A stretch of DNA of 32,057 nt from Eubacteriales bacterium (GTDB lineage Bacteria > Bacillota > Clostridia > Oscillospirales > CAG-272), in NCBI GenBank assembly GCA_045594865.1, contig JAZNZI010000135.1:1-32057 (forward strand), given 5' to 3'. Positions within the stretch are counted from its first letter, which is position 1. Each line of letters opens with the position of its first letter. Under the pieces are notes generated by a model. The model made no database searches. It was given only the letters and a program-made list of their open reading frames with translations, and was not told the origin of the DNA. Positions 26,757 through 32,057 of the stretch are shown here, one piece after another. A program made the translations under genes and the position numbers.

Positions 26757-28259
26757 GTGTTCAAGACGACCTTTTCAAAATATCTTACCGCACTGGTAAT
26801 CATAATACTTGTCAGCTTCATTATTCTGTCAGGTATCATCACTTCGCTTGTTAGAAATTATGCGTTTAGTGATACTGAGCAGAGATTAGATAAGGAAAGC
26901 TCTATTATTGTAGAGGTTATTAAGGCTGACGGAGTCCTCCCTATATCCCAAGAGGTATTTGAGGTTGCCGAGGCGATAGAGCCTATGGTAAACCTTAACT
27001 CCGACTATGACGTTATGATCTTAGACAAAACAGGTAAAATCATTCTGTCAACCGCTCACGAAAGTGATGATGATGAGCATAAGGTGGCGCTAATTGATCT
27101 TGAACGTGGCTTTGGAAATATAAATATTTCGGATTTCACAAGACGCACGGGCGAAGGCGGTGAGGTCAGCTATGTTTATAACGGAACAATTGGCGGATCA
27201 CTTTCGGATCAGTATATGGCATTTGCCAAGCCTGTAGAGCGCGAGAGTGAGATCGAGTGCTACGTTATGACCATGACCTCCACCAACCGAGAGAGTAATT
27301 TCGTAAAAATTACAAGACAGGTGGTAATCAACAGCTCTATATGTGTTCTTCTTGCAGCCGTTATTGCTGCTTATTTTATAACAGAACGTATTGTACATCC
27401 TCTGCGTAAAATGACCAATGCCGCAAAGAGCTTTGCCAAGGGGGATTTCTCCGTAAGAGTATCGGTTAACAAGAGCAACGATGAGATAGCTGCCCTCGGA
27501 ACTGCATTTAATAATATGGCGGATTCGCTTGAGAATCTTGAAAAAATGCGTAATTCATTTCTCGCGAATATTTCCCACGATCTTCGTACTCCGATGACTA
27601 CCATATCGGGCTTCATTGACGGCATCAATTCGGGCGCTATTCCACCCGAAAAGCACGAGTATTACCTTGGCGTTATTTCTGCAGAGGTACACAGGCTGTC
27701 AAGGCTTGTTTCTCAGTTGCTTGACGTCTCAAGACTTGAATCGGGCGAGAGAAAGTTCAACTATACAGATTTCGATATTGCCGAGGTGGCGAGACTTATT
27801 CTTATCTCATTTGAGCAGAAGATCGAGGATAAGAGGCTGGACGTAGAGTTCTATTCTGAAAAAGATGCTATGTACGTTCGTGCAGATAAGGACGCTATTT
27901 ATCAGGTAATGTACAACCTCTGTCACAATGCGATAAAGTTCTCAAGGGAAGAGGGAAAGCTCAGAATTTCCATCTCCAAGATCACCGATACGAAGATTAA
28001 GGTGACTGTTTACGATCAGGGACAGAGCCTAACTGACGAGGATGCAAAAATGGTCTTCGACAGATTCTACAAGACCGATAAGAGTCGCGGACTTGATAAG
28101 ACGGGTGTTGGTCTTGGTCTCTATATTTCCAAGACTATTATTGATGCTCACGAAGAAACTATCGGCGTTGAATCCATCGACAATGACGGCTGCGAATTCT
28201 GGTTTACTCTGACCGAGGGAGTTCAGCCGCAGAAGAGAAAGCCACCGTCGGATAAATAA
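26757..28259 (+). CDS. HAMP-domain sensor histidine kinase (HisKA + HATPase_c)
   Basis: Two TM segments, HAMP (DEIAALGTAFNNMA), H-box ISHDLRTP, N-box NLCHNAIKF and DxG/F/GxGLGL boxes. AGGAG precedes the GTG start. Confidence 0.93.
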   Translation: MFKTTFSKYLTALVIIILVSFIILSGIITSLVRNYAFSDTEQRLDKESSIIVEVIKADGVLPISQEVFEVAEAIEPMVNLNSDYDVMILDKTGKIILSTAHESDDDEHKVALIDLERGFGNINISDFTRRTGEGGEVSYVYNGTIGGSLSDQYMAFAKPVERESEIECYVMTMTSTNRESNFVKITRQVVINSSICVLLAAVIAAYFITERIVHPLRKMTNAAKSFAKGDFSVRVSVNKSNDEIAALGTAFNNMADSLENLEKMRNSFLANISHDLRTPMTTISGFIDGINSGAIPPEKHEYYLGVISAEVHRLSRLVSQLLDVSRLESGERKFNYTDFDIAEVARLILISFEQKIEDKRLDVEFYSEKDAMYVRADKDAIYQVMYNLCHNAIKFSREEGKLRISISKITDTKIKVTVYDQGQSLTDEDAKMVFDRFYKTDKSRGLDKTGVGLGLYISKTIIDAHEETIGVESIDNDGCEFWFTLTEGVQPQKRKPPSDK

Positions 28260-28270
28260 AAAAAACAACA

Positions 28271-28302
28271 AGCCGTGCTTTGCTAAAACGCAAAACACGG
28301 CT
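28271..28302. terminator. Hairpin between convergent genes, probable terminator
   Basis: AGCCGTGcTTTGC / GCAAAaCACGGCT inverted repeat, preceded by an A-run. Confidence 0.6.
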
Positions 28303-28329
28303 ATAATTTTAGGCAGAATTGTTATTCGG

Positions 28330-29190
28330 TTAAATTATGCCTGTGATTGTCAGCACGGCAACGCCGGGAGTGGTTGTGACTACACCCGTTTCACTGTCGC
28401 GCGTGAAGGTGGCTGCAGGAACGGGAATTGCTCCGCCGATCGTGGTGAATTCACCCGTCTGCTCGTCGTAGGTGTACTCTGTTCCTTCGTTTAATAGTTC
28501 TCCGTTCAGGGACACGGTGATGCCCGTAAGAATAGGATTAAAGGTATCGGATACGGAAAGATTGTCTGTTGCCACTACTGCGGTATTTCCTGTGTTCTGT
28601 ATGATAAAGGTGTAGGTGACCTCGTCACCGCAGGTGAGTGTCAGGGGATTGACTGCCTTCGCAATTGAGAGAAGTGGCTCATCTCTTGTGGGAATCTGTG
28701 CGCTATCGGTCAGCTCCTCGCATATGCCCTCGCCTCCCGCGGATACCGAGTTGAAAATCGAAGATCCTGCCGAAAGGGGAGCGAAGGAATTCGCTCTTAC
28801 CTCATAGAGAATAATAACGTTTCCTCCCGCAGGAACGTCAATTCCGCTGATAACAAGCGTATCACCCGCTACAACGGTTGGAGCGGACTGCAGAACACCG
28901 TTCTGATAGTAGAGCACAGAACCGTCTACATAGGTTAGGGGAACGAATTCTGCCGTACCGCCTGTGAGAGTGTATGCTCCGAGGTCATCGGTAAGCGTAA
29001 TGCCGTTTTTTGCTACCGAATCGGCGTTTACCAGCGTTATCGCGTAAACGATTCCGTCGCCGGGGCCGTAATCGGTTGAAACGGCTGTTTTGGTTAAGCA
29101 AAGCCCCGAAACAAGCTCTCCCTCGGTCACGTTAGAGTTCGTCACCCTGCCGGCAAAGGTGAGCGTTGCCTGATTATAAAAAGTTGCCAT
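28330..29190 (-). CDS. DUF11-like repeat protein (two beta-sandwich repeats), no signal peptide
   Basis: Repeats LTKTA..YGPGDGIVYAITLVN and IAKAV..TCGDEVTYTFIIQNTG, followed by LTDDL/VSDTF. AAGGAG precedes ATG 29190. Confidence 0.75.
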   Translation of the reverse strand: MATFYNQATLTFAGRVTNSNVTEGELVSGLCLTKTAVSTDYGPGDGIVYAITLVNADSVAKNGITLTDDLGAYTLTGGTAEFVPLTYVDGSVLYYQNGVLQSAPTVVAGDTLVISGIDVPAGGNVIILYEVRANSFAPLSAGSSIFNSVSAGGEGICEELTDSAQIPTRDEPLLSIAKAVNPLTLTCGDEVTYTFIIQNTGNTAVVATDNLSVSDTFNPILTGITVSLNGELLNEGTEYTYDEQTGEFTTIGGAIPVPAATFTRDSETGVVTTTPGVAVLTITGII

Positions 29191-29237
29191 TTGTTTCTCC
29201 TTGTCTTTTATGGAGGGCCATTTTCCCTCCCAAGTGC

Positions 29238-29265
29238 AGTATATGAAAAAAGACAAAAAACGTCA
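29238..29265 (-). promoter_or_regulatory. Putative sigma-K (late mother-cell) promoter
   Basis: Minus strand tgAC-N16-CATAtacT matches the sigma-K consensus AC-N16-CATAnnnT. Confidence 0.5.
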
Positions 29266-29286
29266 ATTTTATTATCATTTTCTCTA

Positions 29287-29315
29287 TTGACATTTATTTA
29301 GTTCTGTGATACAAT
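29287..29315 (+). promoter_or_regulatory. Sigma-A promoter of tRNA-Leu
   Basis: TTGACA-N17-TACAAT with a TGn extension, 12 nt before the tRNA. Confidence 0.75.
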
Positions 29316-29327
29316 AACAAAGGCAAT

Positions 29328-29410
29328 GCGGGCGTGGCGGAACTGGCAGACGCGCCAGACTTAGGATCTGGTGGATTTCCGTGCAGGTTCAAGTCCTGTC
29401 GCCCGCACCA
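29328..29410 (+). tRNA. tRNA-Leu (anticodon TAG)
   Basis: Acceptor stem GCGGGCG/CGCCCGC plus ACCA, D-loop GGAACTGGCAGAC, anticodon arm CCAGA-CTTAGGA-TCTGG, long variable arm and GGTTCAAGTCC T-arm. Confidence 0.97.
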
Positions 29411-29455
29411 TATCGAGTGTTCATAACGAAAGTGATGAACACTCGATACTTTTTT
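29411..29455 (+). terminator. Strong hairpin/terminator directly after tRNA-Leu
   Basis: 14-bp perfect stem TATCGAGTGTTCAT/ATGAACACTCGATA followed by a T-run. Confidence 0.85.
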
Positions 29456-29511
29456 GCCTTAGCTTTCAAATATTGTGTTGTTTGTGAGCAGGTTTTCTGC
29501 ACCTTTTTCTT

Positions 29512-29845
29512 TTATACCGCTATTGCTTGGTAGGTTACGGAAACACCTTGTCTTGTATCGAGGGTGTGCTTTACTTGCGGTGCATCGGGTATCTCCACGC
29601 AACCGACGAAGCGGTAATGAATGACGATCTGCTGCACTCTCGACTTGCCCGTTCCTGTGATGTGATGAACCTCTATCTTGTCAATCAGTTCGTGGAGCAT
29701 TGCGGGTGTAAGCGTTTGCATTTCCATAAATCTCCGTACCGCCTTGATAAAATTGTCCTTTGAGGTTTTCATTCCGTCAAGCTCGCTCAGACGTTCCCGC
29801 AAAGCGAGGATTTGTTTCTTCAAATCACTCTGCTCGGTATCGTTT
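29512..29845 (-). pseudogene. C-terminal fragment (DUF4368-like) of a large serine recombinase, TnpX-like
   Basis: EQSDLKKQI coiled coil then LTPAMLHELIDKIEVH...RVQQIVIHYRFVG. The catalytic, recombinase and Zn-ribbon domains are absent, and the frame closes shortly upstream. Confidence 0.75.
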
Positions 29846-30016
29846 ATGTGCGGGAAAATTATTTTCCAAAATTCTTCCGAAACGGCTTCTCATACTGTGT
29901 CCGTTTCCTTCTCGAAATTTGCTTTTGACAAGATACATAACGCCATTGAAGTGATAGACCGTATTACTTTCGGGGATAAGGATGCGCCTTACGTTCTGTT
30001 TTGGGTTTTCTCTCAA
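29825..30016 (-). CDS. Small TnpW-like transposon-encoded protein, 3' end probably altered by deletion
   Basis: AAGGAGG RBS (30033-30027) and a TTG start overlapping the upstream TGA. The pattern NGVMYLVKSKF...MRSRFGRIL resembles small proteins found upstream of recombinases. Confidence 0.45.
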   Translation of the reverse strand: MRENPKQNVRRILIPESNTVYHFNGVMYLVKSKFREGNGHSMRSRFGRILENNFPAHKRYRAE

Positions 30017-30135
30017 AAAGACCGATCCTCCTTATCATCTCGTTTTCTTTGCCAATCTTCAAGTAGCTTAAAGATCGTTTCCGTTATTTGCTTCGGTGTA
30101 TAACTGCGCGGGAAATACTTTTGAATATCGTTATA
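30013..30135 (-). pseudogene. C-terminal tail of a mobile-element ParB/RepB/Spo0J-like protein
   Basis: KYFPRSYTPKQITETIFKLLEDWQRKR resembles, from recall, the C-terminus of ParB-like proteins of clostridial integrative elements. Confidence 0.55.
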
Positions 30136-30695
30136 AGCTTCTATCTTTGTACCGTCTACGAAAAGATTCTTGAATTTAACCTCTCCCATTTCATAAAGCT
30201 TATTTACAAATTGGTAGAACAATCCCTCTATTGCTTCGGATAATTTCTCATCCTCAAATCTTGAAATTGTTGCGTGACTTGGCGCAGGCTCTCCGTTTAA
30301 GAGCCACATAAAGCGTATATCCGTTTTGCAGGCTTCAGCAATAGCTCTTCCGGAATACAAGTGCTTCATATACCCATACACAATTACCTCAAATATTGTG
30401 ATTGGATTCACCTTTCTCCAATTGCGAAGATACGTATTGAACAGTTCTGTATAATCCAAGCTCTCGCAAATTTCCGCTACTTTGAATACAAAATCTCCCT
30501 CGGGAATACAAATTCCTAAATCTAACGGTAAAACTACTTGATTTTTTCTTTCATTGTTGTATAATTACCTCGCTGCTTTGTGTTGGTTATTTTTGGCGAT
30601 TTAATTATACTAAAAAGCAAGCGGATGCTCAATACCTTTCGGTAAAAAGCATCCGCTTTTTTCTTTTTTACAGGCTATCTTAATGAGACAGCCCC
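30136..30695 (-). mobile_element. Truncated IS1182-family element (left end plus transposase N-terminus)
   Basis: QVVLPLDLG...ESLDYTEL...YGYM..YSGRAIAEACKTDIRFMWL..PAPSHATISRF...FVDGTKIEA (DUF772 plus the first DDE Asp). There is a probable frameshift in the A-run near 30545 and hairpins at 30619-30658 and 30673-30693. Boundaries are approximate. Confidence 0.8.
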
Positions 30696-30701
30696 TTTTA
30701 A

Positions 30702-32057
30702 TTAAACAGTAGCCGTTTCGGGCTTGTTCGTTTTCTTGCTTTTGATTCTGTCAATGATCTTGTAGCTGAGAAGCGTAATGCCAATAAAGGCAAAATTCAG
30801 CGCAGTGAAAAGAACAAAGACGGTGACTACAAGGATAGGATATATCTCAAATTTGCCGAACTGCCAGTGAACAAGACCTGTAAAGCCTGCAAAGGGGAGA
30901 TAGTCAACGGCAACCTCGGGACTGAACATATAGAAATGGTTAACAGAGTATCCCGGCACGCCGTCAATACCGTTGATTATCGTACCCAAAATAAAGATGA
31001 AGACAAAGTAGACCACAAATATTCTTATCATATTCTTGAACGCGCTCTTATCAAGCCTTGGGAATACGCCGAGAGAAACTCCGAGAACGGGGAACATAAC
31101 CACGAAGCTATGCTCGTAAATATAGTGCATAGGCCAGAATGAAACCGCGTCAACGTCAAAGGTGAACAGAGTTATTGCAATCGCCGCTCCAACCAGATTT
31201 GCAACGTAGCCGAAATCAAACATTTTCTTATCTCTTGTGATTATTATATAAAGATAGAAGAATGCGGCGATATTGCAAAGCTGAAGCGGAAGTCTTGAAA
31301 AGGTAAATCCGCGTAAGAAGGGAGACAGGGTATGCATAACCTGCGCGATTACCATAAATGATAAGAACGTGAACTTATCCTTTTGGCTGCGCTTTCTGAA
31401 CACGAAGTGAAGCACGACGATCTCCGTGATAAGCGCGCCAATCCAGATGAAATGAAGGTTGCCGAACATTTTAGCAGAAAGTCCCATATTATCGAAAAGG
31501 GTTTTCGGTATATATGAGGGCATCATCTGCATCATAATTAGCGGAGTAATGCCGAGAAGCATAAGTATCTCTCTCGGTGTTTTCATGCTGATTTTATGCT
31601 TGTAGGTAAGCTTCATAAGCACGGGAATGATAATAGCAAATATCAGCTCAAGGGTATATAATACGTGCCTTACGTGAACGTTGATATATTCTCCGCCTGC
31701 GCCCTCTGCTGTAAAGTATGCAAAGGTGTCGTCATAAAGTATAGCGGCAAGTATGCTTACAGGTAGGGAAAAGTAGCTTGCAATATTGCGGAAAAGTCTG
31801 CTGTCAAAGAACACGGACATAGGCAGAACCGCATATCCAATATGATATGCCCAGCGCATAAATGACTGCAGGGGATCATCCAAAGGACCGACCGTTTCTA
31901 CGAATGAATCGGAAAGAAAGTATCTGACTACTCCCATCAGACAGAAAGAGACGGCGAGTATTTTTAATACAAGCTGTGGATTAATCTTATTCCACTTTTC
32001 AAAAGCATACTTTAATGCTAAAATTGCAATAATCGAAAGACCTATAGTGATTAAAGT
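30702..32057 (-). CDS. Multi-pass membrane protein with a C-terminal YwaF/TMEM164-like domain, 5'-truncated by the window edge
   Basis: The frame stays open from 31937 to 32057. Motifs HFIWI, LPLQLCNIA, YEHSFV and NHFYM, with many TM segments. Confidence 0.7.
   Translation of the reverse strand, partial: TLITIGLSIIAILALKYAFEKWNKINPQLVLKILAVSFCLMGVVRYFLSDSFVETVGPLDDPLQSFMRWAYHIGYAVLPMSVFFDSRLFRNIASYFSLPVSILAAILYDDTFAYFTAEGAGGEYINVHVRHVLYTLELIFAIIIPVLMKLTYKHKISMKTPREILMLLGITPLIMMQMMPSYIPKTLFDNMGLSAKMFGNLHFIWIGALITEIVVLHFVFRKRSQKDKFTFLSFMVIAQVMHTLSPFLRGFTFSRLPLQLCNIAAFFYLYIIITRDKKMFDFGYVANLVGAAIAITLFTFDVDAVSFWPMHYIYEHSFVVMFPVLGVSLGVFPRLDKSAFKNMIRIFVVYFVFIFILGTIINGIDGVPGYSVNHFYMFSPEVAVDYLPFAGFTGLVHWQFGKFEIYPILVVTVFVLFTALNFAFIGITLLSYKIIDRIKSKKTNKPETATV

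Noticed and set aside
1-32057. CRISPR arrays, rRNA, riboswitches, T-box before gltX
   Set aside because: No regularly spaced repeats or rRNA-like sequence were seen. The gltX leader is too short for a T-box. A covariance-model search would be needed to exclude small RNAs fully.

Overview
The window looks like Clostridia-type (Bacillota) chromosome, inferred from its sporulation genes, ECF transporter module and sigma-A promoters with extended -10 elements. Most of it is core genes: tgt (partial); a minus-strand run lon-engB-M50 protease-scpA-scpB-ytfI-ytfJ-D,D-carboxypeptidase-rluB; a plus-strand run ruvC-methyltransferase-ecfA1-ecfA2-ecfT-truA-class A PBP-YgjP-like protein; a NUDIX hydrolase; MarR plus a heterodimeric ABC exporter; gltX; an orphan histidine kinase; a DUF11-repeat protein; tRNA-Leu(TAG); and a partial YwaF-like membrane protein. 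Two accessory spots stand out. (1) At 1854-3616, a compact and visibly AT-richer unit has an ECF-sigma-like promoter, an MFS-like transporter, a 109-aa membrane protein with polar/acidic residues inside its helices, and two paralogous micro-proteins missing from the ORF track (MFxLDVL...P, TM helix, basic tail), ending at a strong hairpin. This is the best candidate for an undescribed system. (2) At 29411-30695, a collapsed mobile-element scar at the tRNA 3' end contains a serine recombinase C-terminus, a TnpW-like ORF and an in-frame IS1182 transposase/ParB-tail chimera. A cluster of radical substitutions around the Lon pore loop is also flagged; it may be a sequencing artefact. All family calls come from motif recognition by eye, and no searches were run.
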